This document shows, piece by piece, positions 41,679-51,333 of a DNA stretch of 64,000 nucleotides. Source of the stretch: Spirochaetia bacterium (GTDB taxonomy: Bacteria > Spirochaetota > Spirochaetia > SZUA-6 > Bin103); assembly GCA_965198005.1 (NCBI GenBank), contig CBDAOI010000004.1, positions 1,216,001 through 1,280,000 on the forward strand, written 5' to 3'. The first letter of the stretch is position 1, and every line of letters starts with the position of its first letter. Both the position numbers and the translations under genes were made by a program. Under the pieces are notes generated by a model. It was not told where the DNA came from. It did no database searches and worked only from the letters and a program-made list of their open reading frames with translations.

Positions 41679-44132
41679 GTGCCGATCTTGAAGGTAGCCT
41701 ACAACCAGCGGCAGGAGCCGCTGGAGTTGCTGCTGCGGACGATTGACCGGCCTGGAGATTACTGCATGCAAGACCGGCTGCTGATGCCGATGCCGCGCGT
41801 GGAGGTCGAAGGGGCGCGCTCGCTATCGTTTCCGATCACCGAGGAGCAGGCGCGTTCGCTGGCCGCGGTGGCGGAGCCGGCGCCCTACGGCAGAGGTGAG
41901 CAGACGCTGGTGGACCGTTCCGTCCGCGCCTGCCGGCAGATCGATGCGGCGCGGGTGCGCATCAGCGGCGGCGCGTGGCGCGACACCCTGGCACAGGTGG
42001 TCGCGCGGGCCGCAACCGGACTCGGCTCCCCTCCCGAGCAGACGTCTGCGCAACTGTACAAGCTGCTGGTGTACGAGCCGGGCGGGTTCTTCGCCCCGCA
42101 CCGGGATACCGAGAAGGTCGACGGCATGGTCGCCACGCTGGTGGTGTCGCTGCCGGTCGCGGGCGCCGGCGGCGAGCTGGTGATTCGCCACCGCGATCGA
42201 CAGACGGTGGTCGACCTGCGCACCGAGGAACCCTCCGAGCTCGCTTTCGCCGCGTTCTACGCGGACTGCGTGCATGAAACCCGACGCGTGACGGCCGGCT
42301 ACCGTATCGTCCTCGTCTACCATCTGGTGGTGCGGGGTGCTGCTGCCGCGGTGCTTGAGGCCGCACCCGAGTTCGGCTCGCAGGAGGAGCAGATCGCCGC
42401 CGGGCTCGGGAGCTGGGAAGCAACGTCGGCGGCGGGTGACAAGCTGGTCTGGCTTCTGGAGCACCAATACAGCGAAGCGGGTCTGTCCTTCGACGTGCTG
42501 AAGAACAGGGACGCGGCGCTCGGCCGTGTCCTCGTCCGCGCAGCGGAACGGGCGAATCACGCGCTGCACGCGGCCATCCTCAGTATCTACGAGTGGGGCA
42601 CCATGGACGAATCGGGCGACCTCCCCGGGTGGGACGAACCCGGGGACGACGATTCGGACGACGACGATTGGGACGAGGGGCGGATCGTTTCCACGCGCGA
42701 GCTGCGCGGATTGGTCGCTCCGGACGGCTCGCGGCCCGATTACGGCGTGCTGCCGCTGCTGCCGGGGGAACTGCTTCCGATCGGAGTGCTGGATAGCGTG
42801 GAACCGGACGACGAGGACGTCACGGTGACCGGTAACGAAGGCGTCCAGCTATCCCGCAGCTATCGCCGCGCGGCCCTGGTGCTCTGGCCCCGGGGGAGGA
42901 CCGTGGGGACGCTCGCCCGTGGCGGAATCGAGCGTGCCGTCGCCTTGTTCACTGACGATCTGGCGCGGTTGGAGCGCGATTCCGGCGCACGACGCCACCT
43001 GTCCGGCCTCGCTGCTCAGCTCATCGACGCGTGGCCGGCGGCGGATCCCACCCGGCTCTACCGTCGGCATGACCCGGACGAGGTGCAGCAGGGCTGCCGG
43101 GACGTGCTGCGCCTGCTGCGCCGGCTTGGCGACGAGGACACGACCCGTCGCTTCCTGCGCGAGGTTGTTACCCCACACTACACCGGTAGCGAGAATGACG
43201 AGTTGCAGGCGACGGCCGCCGTAATCTCCCCGGCTACCCTGCGGACTTGGCTGCCGGAGTTCACGGCGGCGAATCTCGCGGACGTCCCGGAAGGCGTGCT
43301 CGATCTGCTGTGGCGCCTGTGCCCGGGCGCAGATTCGCCCGACGAACCGGATCAGCACCGGCGCCCCGCGCTGACCGGCGCGGTGCGCTCCGCCTGCCGG
43401 ATGCTGCCGGTGGTGGTAGGCGCCACGCCCGCCGCCGAGTCTTCCCGGAGTTTCCGGCATGGGTCGTCGCGGAACTCCGTCCGACCGCTGAGCGCGCAGG
43501 CGATCCGCGCCCTGTTGGGGTTGATCTGGTATTGCGCACCGGCCGCCGCGGCTGCGGACGCGGTCGCCCTGCTGGTGCAGCGACCCGTAGCGGCGCCGCC
43601 GGACCGTGCCCTGCCGCAGGCGCTGGCGGAACTGGCGCACCTTGGCGGTTCGAACGCTGCCGCGGCCGAGCCCGCCGGGTTCGTGACCCTGTGGCGGCAT
43701 GCAGCGAGCTGCCTGCTGGCGCGTAGCGCGACGCCGCCGGAGCAACCGGTCGATTGGGTGATCAAGGCCGAGGTCAGGTGTGACTGCCCGAATTGCGCAC
43801 GGCTGGGGGCGTTCTGCGCCGATCCCGAGGCCACCACCGTGCGGTTTTCGATGCGGCAGGATCGGCGCCTGCACGTCGAGTCGAACATCAACTATTTGAA
43901 ACTGGACATCGACTGCGAAACCGAGCGCACGGGCAGTCCGCACACCCTGGTGTGCACCAAGAACCGAGCCACCTTCGAGCGCCGCTGCGCGCAGTACGCC
44001 GAGGACCTCGCCCACATGCGGCTGCTGGTTGCCGCCGCCCCGCGAAGCGAAACGGATGCCGTCGGCGCGGCGAATCTGCCGCAACTGCACGCAGCAATTG
44101 CGCGCGAGCCGGCCGCCGCGGGTGGCGCCTGA
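41679..44132 (+). CDS. Large 2OG-Fe(II) oxygenase-domain protein
   Basis: APYGRG, LYKLLVYEPGGFFAPHRDTEK (HxD), AAFYADCVHE, GYRIVLVY; late CDCPNC motif; GGAGG before GTG 41679. Confidence 0.85.
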   Translation: MPILKVAYNQRQEPLELLLRTIDRPGDYCMQDRLLMPMPRVEVEGARSLSFPITEEQARSLAAVAEPAPYGRGEQTLVDRSVRACRQIDAARVRISGGAWRDTLAQVVARAATGLGSPPEQTSAQLYKLLVYEPGGFFAPHRDTEKVDGMVATLVVSLPVAGAGGELVIRHRDRQTVVDLRTEEPSELAFAAFYADCVHETRRVTAGYRIVLVYHLVVRGAAAAVLEAAPEFGSQEEQIAAGLGSWEATSAAGDKLVWLLEHQYSEAGLSFDVLKNRDAALGRVLVRAAERANHALHAAILSIYEWGTMDESGDLPGWDEPGDDDSDDDDWDEGRIVSTRELRGLVAPDGSRPDYGVLPLLPGELLPIGVLDSVEPDDEDVTVTGNEGVQLSRSYRRAALVLWPRGRTVGTLARGGIERAVALFTDDLARLERDSGARRHLSGLAAQLIDAWPAADPTRLYRRHDPDEVQQGCRDVLRLLRRLGDEDTTRRFLREVVTPHYTGSENDELQATAAVISPATLRTWLPEFTAANLADVPEGVLDLLWRLCPGADSPDEPDQHRRPALTGAVRSACRMLPVVVGATPAAESSRSFRHGSSRNSVRPLSAQAIRALLGLIWYCAPAAAAADAVALLVQRPVAAPPDRALPQALAELAHLGGSNAAAAEPAGFVTLWRHAASCLLARSATPPEQPVDWVIKAEVRCDCPNCARLGAFCADPEATTVRFSMRQDRRLHVESNINYLKLDIDCETERTGSPHTLVCTKNRATFERRCAQYAEDLAHMRLLVAAAPRSETDAVGAANLPQLHAAIAREPAAAGGA

Positions 44133-44277
44133 CCGTGTCGGGCGCGCGTGCCCGCCTACCCAGCACAGGCTGTGGGGCCGTCATGCGGCAGGGGCGTCAG
44201 GCCATGAAGCCGGATGAGCACGATCACTATGTGCTGTATACTATCTACGAAACTGTCGCCAAACGAAGGTGTTTTGT

Positions 44278-45249
44278 ATGAGCGCCGCCGAGTCACCCTT
44301 TCGGATCGAGCAAGTTTCAATCCGTAACTACAAAGGCATTGACGAGCTCGACCTCGAGTTCCCTCAATCCCCAATGGAGGCAGACCCCGACGTCATCGCA
44401 ATCGGCAGCCGGAACGGTGTAGGCAAGTCATCAGTTTTGGAATGTTGCGCCTTACTGCTTGCCACTCCCAGACTTCTGGCTATGCATCGCGGTCCACTGT
44501 CGTTCCAAGGTGTCGATGACGTCGTTCGAGCGGGAGAACAGTCTGCCGAGGTCAGTGGCCGAGTGAGGAGGGGAGGTAACAAGAGGAATTTTCGCTTGAC
44601 GTTTGGCCGTGATGGCACAGTTTCGGCGGCTCCCGAGTGTCAGGATTTTGAGGATGTATCACGTATCAGGGCCGACATGTTTGAGAACTACGGCGTACGG
44701 GGCCATCTTGTATCTCACATATTGGGTCAGATACCCGATCCGGTCATGTTCCCAAACGGCCTGCTGTTCCACAGCTATCGGAGGATTTCAGGAGGCCATA
44801 TCGAGCCGGATGCAATCTTCAAGTCGCCAAGTATCTACGTAGAGAATACGCGACACCGAGAAGATCACGATCGTGTTCTTGACAAGCTGAATGATTTGAT
44901 TGACCGTTATGCCGGTGGGCGGCTGGGAAAGCTGAGGCTGCTTGACAACGATGAGATCGATATCAGAATAGAGACCTCACGTGGTCTAGATTCCTTTACG
45001 TTTAACGGTTTGAGTTCAGGCCAGACCGAAATCATATCCACCCTGTTCCTTATCTGGCTTGCCACTCGAAAGGCCCCATCGGTCGTACTGATTGACGAGC
45101 CGGAACTTCACTTGAATGCGGAGTGGCATAGTAGTTTGGTATCGAGTCTAGTGGAGTTGGCACCGGATAATCAGTACATACTGGCGACGCATTCCGACGA
45201 CGTGATGTCCAGTGTGGCACGAGAGTGTCGAATCATACTGACAGCCTGA
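44278..45249 (+). CDS. ABC-type (AAA_15/AAA_21) ATPase of defence-associated type
   Basis: IRNYKGI, SRNGVGKSS, LSSGQ, IDEPELHL, ATHS; lower GC than flanks. Confidence 0.85.
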   Translation: MSAAESPFRIEQVSIRNYKGIDELDLEFPQSPMEADPDVIAIGSRNGVGKSSVLECCALLLATPRLLAMHRGPLSFQGVDDVVRAGEQSAEVSGRVRRGGNKRNFRLTFGRDGTVSAAPECQDFEDVSRIRADMFENYGVRGHLVSHILGQIPDPVMFPNGLLFHSYRRISGGHIEPDAIFKSPSIYVENTRHREDHDRVLDKLNDLIDRYAGGRLGKLRLLDNDEIDIRIETSRGLDSFTFNGLSSGQTEIISTLFLIWLATRKAPSVVLIDEPELHLNAEWHSSLVSSLVELAPDNQYILATHSDDVMSSVARECRIILTA

Positions 45250-45262
45250 ACGTTCGGGACGG

Positions 45263-45775
45263 ATGATCGGCGTCAAGGATTCGGTCGAGCCGAATGAAGT
45301 AAGGTTTCGAGCCGGACACGTACTGTTCGTTGAACGCGGAACAGCTGATTCCATTGATCCTGCGGTGCTTCGAGAGCTTCTCGGTGGACAGCTTCGCATA
45401 GAGCCGTTGGGCGAATTACCTTGAACATTCAAAGTACTTCGTCGGCAACTATCGGACGATGGGCGTTCGAGACGGAGTATCCTTGAGCGCTCTTGACGTA
45501 CGATGTATCTGGTGCGCCAATCGACGTGGTCTACGTCTCCTGAAGATGAGCTTCAATTCGGCCGCGGTAGATGGTTTGACATGATGAGAGGAAAAAAGCT
45601 GCTTGCAGAAGTGCTGAGCTCGAATCTCTTCCGAGTGACGGATAGAGACGGAAATGTGGTGTCCGGGCAACAAGAACGTAACGAGGTGGTGAAGGATCTG
45701 CTGCGGAAGGGCGATGCTATTCAGCCGTCAGATTTCGTTGAGCTGAAACGTATCATTGAGCAACGAATACTTTGA
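45263..45775 (+). pseudogene. Disrupted partner of the ATPase (TOPRIM/DUF4435-like)
   Basis: MIGVKDSVEPNEVRFRAGHVLFVE...IEPLG, stop near 45424; separate 3' piece ...MRGKKLL...QPSDFVELK. Confidence 0.55.
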
Positions 45776-46087
45776 GTGGTGAGTTCGGGTTGGAAGAACG
45801 TCAGGACAGGAGCTTTCGCCGTATCGGGAGAGTCGGTGGCGGTCGGATCGACTACGAATCTCCAGACACGTCTGGGGTTTGTGGACAAGACGCACGGCAG
45901 GGTTTATCCGCAATGTGGGGTGCGACGGACCGGGAAATCGGCGTTGCTGGATGGGGTCGCGTAGGCGGCGGATGTTCAGTGGATTGACCCGTTGCAGTTT
46001 TCGATTCACGTTCGACCTGGACGATAGGGACGTGTATCAGGGCTTCGATTCTCAGCAACCCCACGAGCCGACGGCCGGTACTCTCCG

Positions 46088-46948
46088 TTGAGCGCCCCTA
46101 CCGCCATCCGGGAAGGACAGATCCTGAACGGCCCGCAGTTCAGCGAGCCGATGCTGGTGGAGACGGTGCGTTCGGACGGGCCGGGCATCTGGGTCGCGGG
46201 CCTGGTCGGCCGCCGGTCGGAGCGGTTCCGGCGAGTCACGCTCACCGCAGACGACATCGCCGGCCTGATCATCGCCGACCCTTCCCTGTCCTACGACGGC
46301 GACGAGATCGGCCGAATCACGGAGGAGTTGGACAGCGAGGTCGCCGGCGCCGAGGGGCGCCTTGCTCAGGCCGAAGCGCGCCATGCCGACGTGCTGGCCC
46401 GGCGGGAGCGCCGGCGCGAGGAACTCGGGCGGCAGCGGGCCGTCACGCTGCAGGGCATCGAGCGGCTGGCAAGTGCGCTGATCCTCCCGCATCCTGAACC
46501 TGAGACCCTGGACGTACGCCGGCTCCGCCCGCATCCCGAGACCGAGATGACGGCGATGCGCGTCGTGATGGACCACGAGGCCGCCCGCGGATGCAAAGTC
46601 TACGACGTGCACGAGCAGAACCTCGGTTACGACGTAACCAGCCTCGACCTGCAATCCGGCGAGTTGCGCCTGATCGAGGTAAAGGGACTCGCCGGCCCGA
46701 CCGGCAGCATCCTGCTCACCCCGAACGAGCGCCGCGTAGCCGAGGACCGGCGCGACTGCTACTGGCTGTACGTGGTCACCGCCTGCGCCAGCGCCCCGAA
46801 CCTCCAGCAGCCGATCCCCGACCCCGCCCGATACCCGTGGCACGAGGTCACCAAGGTCGCCCACTACTACCTGAGCGTGAACGCCCTGCAGCAGCCAATG
46901 GAGATCCGGGAAACGGAACGGGGATACAATGCGGAGGCCAAGCCATGA
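46088..46948 (+). pseudogene. SNF2-type helicase-DUF3883 gene with the helicase core deleted in frame
   Basis: N-terminal ...SLSYDGD joined near 46303 to a coiled coil and DUF3883/NOV (GYDVTS, RLIEVKG, LTPNE, YWLYVV); no Walker A or DEAH motif. Confidence 0.75.
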
Positions 46949-47271
46949 GTGAGCAGGTGCTCGATCAAGCAGTCCTCGACGAGATAATCCGGCGAATCGT
47001 GGCGGTAACTCAGCCGGAAAAGATCATCCTGTTCGGTTCCGCCGCGCGCGGGGAGATGGGCCGTCACAGCGACGTCGACCTCCTCGTGGTGAAAGACGGC
47101 GGGGACCGACGATGTACGGCGTCGAGGATCTACCGCCACCTTCACGGCGTGGGTGCTGCAGTGGACGTGATAGTCGTTACGCCGGACGACGTGGAACGCT
47201 ATCGGGACAGTCACGCGCTGATCATCAAGCCGGCCCTCCGCGAGGGCAGAGTCGTCTATGAAGCCGCCTGA
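46945..47271 (+). CDS. Minimal nucleotidyltransferase (MNT antitoxin)
   Basis: ILFGSAARG....SDVDLLVV, VDVIV. Confidence 0.9.
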   Translation: MSEQVLDQAVLDEIIRRIVAVTQPEKIILFGSAARGEMGRHSDVDLLVVKDGGDRRCTASRIYRHLHGVGAAVDVIVVTPDDVERYRDSHALIIKPALREGRVVYEAA

Positions 47272-47773
47272 GCGCTACCCGCCCGACGATCCACGAGAGT
47301 GGTTGAACCGCGCCCGAAGCAATTTGGCGATGCCCAAGAACCGCGTTGAAGGTGCCTACTTGGAAGACCTGTGCTTTGAAGCACAGCAGGCCGCGGCGGC
47401 GATGCGGAAGGCGGTGGTGGGGGTCTACGCTCATAACGTCGCCAAGGAAATCGTCGGGGCAGTTTGTATGAAGAGGTTGGAGGGGTTTCTTGACGACACG
47501 GACGAGACCGTAAGGTCGGAGGTGTCGACGGCGTTTTTCAGTGTCTCCGACGAGTGGTTGCTTCGGTCGAGGGAGTTTGTCTTGAGATTCATCGAAAGCA
47601 AAGCGTTCGAGAGCGGGCCGTATGACGTCTTGCGGGTGCTCGAGGAGTCGAAGCTCGCCGTGCAGCAGGCGGCGGACGCCAGTTTGAGGATGCGCTGTCT
47701 GGACTTGATTGATCAAATGGAAGAGCTAGGGTACTTCGGGATCGATTCGGAATTGGCAAAACTCGAGCGCTGA
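47258..47773 (+). pseudogene. HEPN toxin 5' part fused to the 3' end of an unrelated helical protein
   Basis: EWLNRARSNL...LCFEAQQAA, without the expected EKAxK and later HEPN motifs. Confidence 0.7.
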
Positions 47774-47793
47774 GCGAAAAACGGGACAGCGAG

Positions 47794-50772
47794 TTGGGAA
47801 TTGTGTTCGGGGAGGCAATCCCTCGGAATTGCAAGCGCTTGGCGGAGGTTGAGTTTCCGATTGCGGTGGTGTCGGAGTACGCGGCGCGGGAGAAGTCGAT
47901 CCGTCACGGGCATCCGTCGACGCTGCATCTGTGGTGGGCGCGGCGGCCGCTGGCATCATCGCGCGCGGTGCTGTTGGCGTTGCTGCTGCCGGATCCGTGC
48001 GATCCGCAGTGCCCGGATGATTTCAAGCGGAAGGCGCGGGCTATCCTTGGGGAGCTTCGGAAGCCTCCAGTGAGCGACGAGGAATTGCGCAAGGCGTTGC
48101 TTTGGTTCATCGGGGCGTTCGCGAACTGGGACATGGCGGCACACTCGACCTACCTGCGCGTGGCACGCAATCTGGTGCAGGCGGCACAGGGCGGGGAAGT
48201 ACCGCTGGTGGTGGACCCGTTTGCCGGCGGCGGTTCGATCCCGCTGGAGGCGTTGCGGCTGGGGTGCGAGGCATTCGCCAGCGACCTGAACCCGGTGGCA
48301 TGTCTCATTCTCACGGTGATGCTGGAGGACGTCCCGCGCCGCGGTGCGGAGTTGGCCGACGAGTTGCGTCGGGTGGGCGGTGACGTCAAGCGGCAGGTCC
48401 AGAGGGAGCTGGCGAACCTGTATCCCGCCGATCCTGACGGTGCCACGCCGATTGCCTATCTGTGGGCCAGGACGGTGCGCTGCGAGGCGCCGAACTGTGG
48501 TGCGGAGATTCCGTTGCTGCGCTCGTTCTGGTTGTGTCGGAAGCCGAAACGCAAGCGCGCGCTGCGCTATCGAGCGGAGCGCCGGCAGGGCGTACCGCCG
48601 ATGGTGGAATTCGCGGTGTTCACGCCCGGGGCGGATGGTGAGGTGCCCAGCGGTACGGTGGCTCGGGCCAGGGCGACGTGTCTGTGCTGCTGCGGCGTGC
48701 TGCCGCCCGAGCGGGTGCGGGCGCAGCTTGCGGCGCAACGCGGCGGTGCTGACGTGGTGTTCGATGGCGCGGGCGAACGCACCGGTGGTGCGCGCATGAC
48801 GGCGGTAGTGACGTTGCGCCCGGGTGAACCGGGACGGCACTACCGGCTGCCGACCGAGGCCGACTACACGTCGGTGCGCCGGGCGCAGGAGCGGATCGCC
48901 GGCATGCTCGACGGATGGGAGCTCGGGGGGAGACCGGGGCCGTACCCGGTGCCGGATGAACCTTTGCCGCCGATTGGAACGCTCGGCTTCCGGGTACAAC
49001 GCTACGGCATGCTTCAGTGGGGCGACCTGTTCACTGCGCGCCAAAAGGCAGCGCTGGTGACGGTGGCAAAGATTGCGTCCACTCTGGACCAATCATCGGC
49101 TGCAAGGTCGCTGACGGCGTTGAGCATCAGTCGCCTTGCTGACATCGCGAACTGTCTCTGTCAATGGGAGACCACGAAGCATCAAGTGCGACACCTCTTT
49201 ACGCGACAGGCGATACCCGTTCTCTGGGACTTCGCCGAAGCCAGTTTTGTGGGAGAGCAAGCCGGGGATCATTCGACGACCTTGAGTACGATGCTTCGTG
49301 TCGTAGATCAACTCGCGACAGTCCAACTCGCGCAGGGGCAAGTCGAACTCGCGGACGCTGCAAGTCATCCTCTTCCCGACCAGTCCGCGTCGGTGTGGTT
49401 CACCGACCCGCCCTACTATGACGCGGTTCCTTATGGCGATCTCTCCGACTTCTTCTTCGTGTGGCTCAAGCGGACGCTGCCCGGCCATCCGCTGCTGCGG
49501 GACCCGTTCGACGCAGACAATCCGCTGTCGCCGAAGACGCGCGAGGCGGTGCAGGACGAGACCAAGCAGCAGGACGGGCATCCGAAGAACCGCCAGTGGT
49601 TCGAGGAGACGATGGCGAAAGCGTTCGCCGAGGGACGCCGGGTGCTGGCCGATGACGGCGTGGGATGTGTCGTCTTCGCGCACAAGACCACCGAGGGTTG
49701 GGAGGCGCTGCTGTCGGGCATGATCCGCGGCGGCTGGACGATAACAGGGTCGTGGCCCATCGCGACGGAAATGGCCACACGTCTGCGCGCCCGTGACTCC
49801 GCGGCCCTTGCTACCAGCGTCCACCTGATCTGCCGCCCGCGGCCTGAGGATGCGCCGGTCGGCGATTGGGCCGACGTGCTGCGGGAGTTGCCGAGGCGAG
49901 TTGCCGACTGGATGGAGCGTCTGCAGGGCGAAGGCATCCGCGGTGCCGATCTGGTGTTCGCGTGCATCGGGCCAGCGCTCGAAATCTACAGCCGTTTCCG
50001 TGCGGTGGAGACCGCCGAGGGGCGCGCGGTCGGGCTGCCCGAGTATCTGGAAAAGGTATGGGAGGTGGTAGGTCGCGCGGCGCTCGAGACCGTTCTCGGT
50101 ACCGCCGAAGCACAGGCACGCAATGGCATGGCCGGTGCGCTGGAGGAAGATGCGCGCCTGACCGCCCTGTTCCTGTGGACAGTGCAGACTACCGAGGCTG
50201 TCGCCCAGAGCGGTAAGAAGGCCGAGGACGACGAGGCATCGGTCGCCGCCGCTGCACAGGGGCTCAGCCTGCCGTTCGACGTCGTGCGCCGCTTTGCCCA
50301 GCCGATGGGTATCGACCTTGAACGCTGGACGGGGCGCATCGTCGAGCAGGCCAAGGGTGTGGTACGGCTGTTGCCCGTGGCCGAGCGCGCGAAAGAACTG
50401 TTGGGCGATGCCGGTGCCGGTGGCGCCGCCGACTGGATCGAGGCCGATCCGGTGGCGGGTCTGCAACGTTCGCTATTCCCCGAATTGGAAGCTGCACCGA
50501 AGCGCCCGGTACGCGCGGGCGGCAGAAAGGGTATTCTTGAGGGCGATGCCGAACTTCAGACCGTTGACGCTACGACGCTCGACCGCCTGCACGCGGCCAT
50601 GCTGTTACAGGCGAACGGCCACGCCAACGCACTGCGGACGCTGATCAGCGCCGAACAGGAGCGCGGTCCCGACTTCCTGCGCCTCGCCAATGCACTCTCC
50701 GCCCTCTACCCCCGCGGCAGCCGCGAGAAGCGTCTGCTCGATGCCATGCTGCTGGTCGTACCGAGGAAGTAG
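47794..50772 (+). CDS. DUF1156-family adenine DNA methyltransferase (start uncertain)
   Basis: LHLWWARRPLA, DPFAGGGSIP, SDLNPVA, Cys-rich Zn ribbon, TDPPYYD. Confidence 0.9.
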   Translation: MGIVFGEAIPRNCKRLAEVEFPIAVVSEYAAREKSIRHGHPSTLHLWWARRPLASSRAVLLALLLPDPCDPQCPDDFKRKARAILGELRKPPVSDEELRKALLWFIGAFANWDMAAHSTYLRVARNLVQAAQGGEVPLVVDPFAGGGSIPLEALRLGCEAFASDLNPVACLILTVMLEDVPRRGAELADELRRVGGDVKRQVQRELANLYPADPDGATPIAYLWARTVRCEAPNCGAEIPLLRSFWLCRKPKRKRALRYRAERRQGVPPMVEFAVFTPGADGEVPSGTVARARATCLCCCGVLPPERVRAQLAAQRGGADVVFDGAGERTGGARMTAVVTLRPGEPGRHYRLPTEADYTSVRRAQERIAGMLDGWELGGRPGPYPVPDEPLPPIGTLGFRVQRYGMLQWGDLFTARQKAALVTVAKIASTLDQSSAARSLTALSISRLADIANCLCQWETTKHQVRHLFTRQAIPVLWDFAEASFVGEQAGDHSTTLSTMLRVVDQLATVQLAQGQVELADAASHPLPDQSASVWFTDPPYYDAVPYGDLSDFFFVWLKRTLPGHPLLRDPFDADNPLSPKTREAVQDETKQQDGHPKNRQWFEETMAKAFAEGRRVLADDGVGCVVFAHKTTEGWEALLSGMIRGGWTITGSWPIATEMATRLRARDSAALATSVHLICRPRPEDAPVGDWADVLRELPRRVADWMERLQGEGIRGADLVFACIGPALEIYSRFRAVETAEGRAVGLPEYLEKVWEVVGRAALETVLGTAEAQARNGMAGALEEDARLTALFLWTVQTTEAVAQSGKKAEDDEASVAAAAQGLSLPFDVVRRFAQPMGIDLERWTGRIVEQAKGVVRLLPVAERAKELLGDAGAGGAADWIEADPVAGLQRSLFPELEAAPKRPVRAGGRKGILEGDAELQTVDATTLDRLHAAMLLQANGHANALRTLISAEQERGPDFLRLANALSALYPRGSREKRLLDAMLLVVPRK

Positions 50773-50835
50773 TGTTTGTGGGCTTGAGGTCGGATGTAAC
50801 GCAAAACGAAAACGCCACGAACGACGGAGGGAGAC

Positions 50836-51087
50836 ATGATCACTAATTCCGAACTGCTCAAGCGCATCACCGCGCGGCCGGATGTCTTTGGCGGCAAGCC
50901 GATCATACGTGACATGCGGATTTCGGTGGAGTTGATCCTGAGCTTGCTGGCAGAGGGAGTAACGGCCGATGCCATCTTGGAGGACTATCCCGAGTTGGAG
51001 CCGGAGGACATTCGTGCCTGCACGGCGTACGCGCACGCAGTCATCGCCAACGACTCACTGGACGCAGTGTCGATTGCGCACTCGTGA
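50836..51087 (+). CDS. DUF433 antitoxin-like protein
   Basis: RITARPDVFGGKPIIR..RISVE...ILEDYPELEPEDI.AC..YA. Confidence 0.9.
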   Translation: MITNSELLKRITARPDVFGGKPIIRDMRISVELILSLLAEGVTADAILEDYPELEPEDIRACTAYAHAVIANDSLDAVSIAHS

Positions 51088-51333
51088 GGTTCTGGTCGAT
51101 CGGCGTGCCGGCTGGCGGCTGTCGATACCGACTTCGGCAAGCTGATCTACGTGCGAAGGACGCCTCATGCGGGGTTGGTGCGGCTCCCGGACGTTCCGGT
51201 GGATCGGCGCATTGCCTTGATTGGCGAATTGCTCTATCGGCATCGCCACGCGCTGGAAGAAAAGGCGGTTGTCACGATCCGTGGCGGCCGCGTGCGCATA
51301 TCCCACGCCCCGTCTTATGGAGACAACGACTGA
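51084..51333 (+). pseudogene. DUF5615 PIN-like toxin, frameshifted and internally deleted
   Basis: MRF(L)VDR..G.RL | DTDFGKLIY...HAGLVRLPDVP, recoverable only across frames. Confidence 0.7.

Noticed and set aside
45776-46085. GVRRTGKSALL as a functional ATPase gene
   Set aside because: Isolated Walker A-like string in a 62-codon frame with no Walker B; at most a small remnant.
51084-51332. 998-aa version of DUF499 starting at 51084 (likewise extended starts at 3917, 13607, 34243 and 38705)
   Set aside because: The extensions are read-through of upstream remnants or intergenic DNA; family homology and RBS support the downstream starts.
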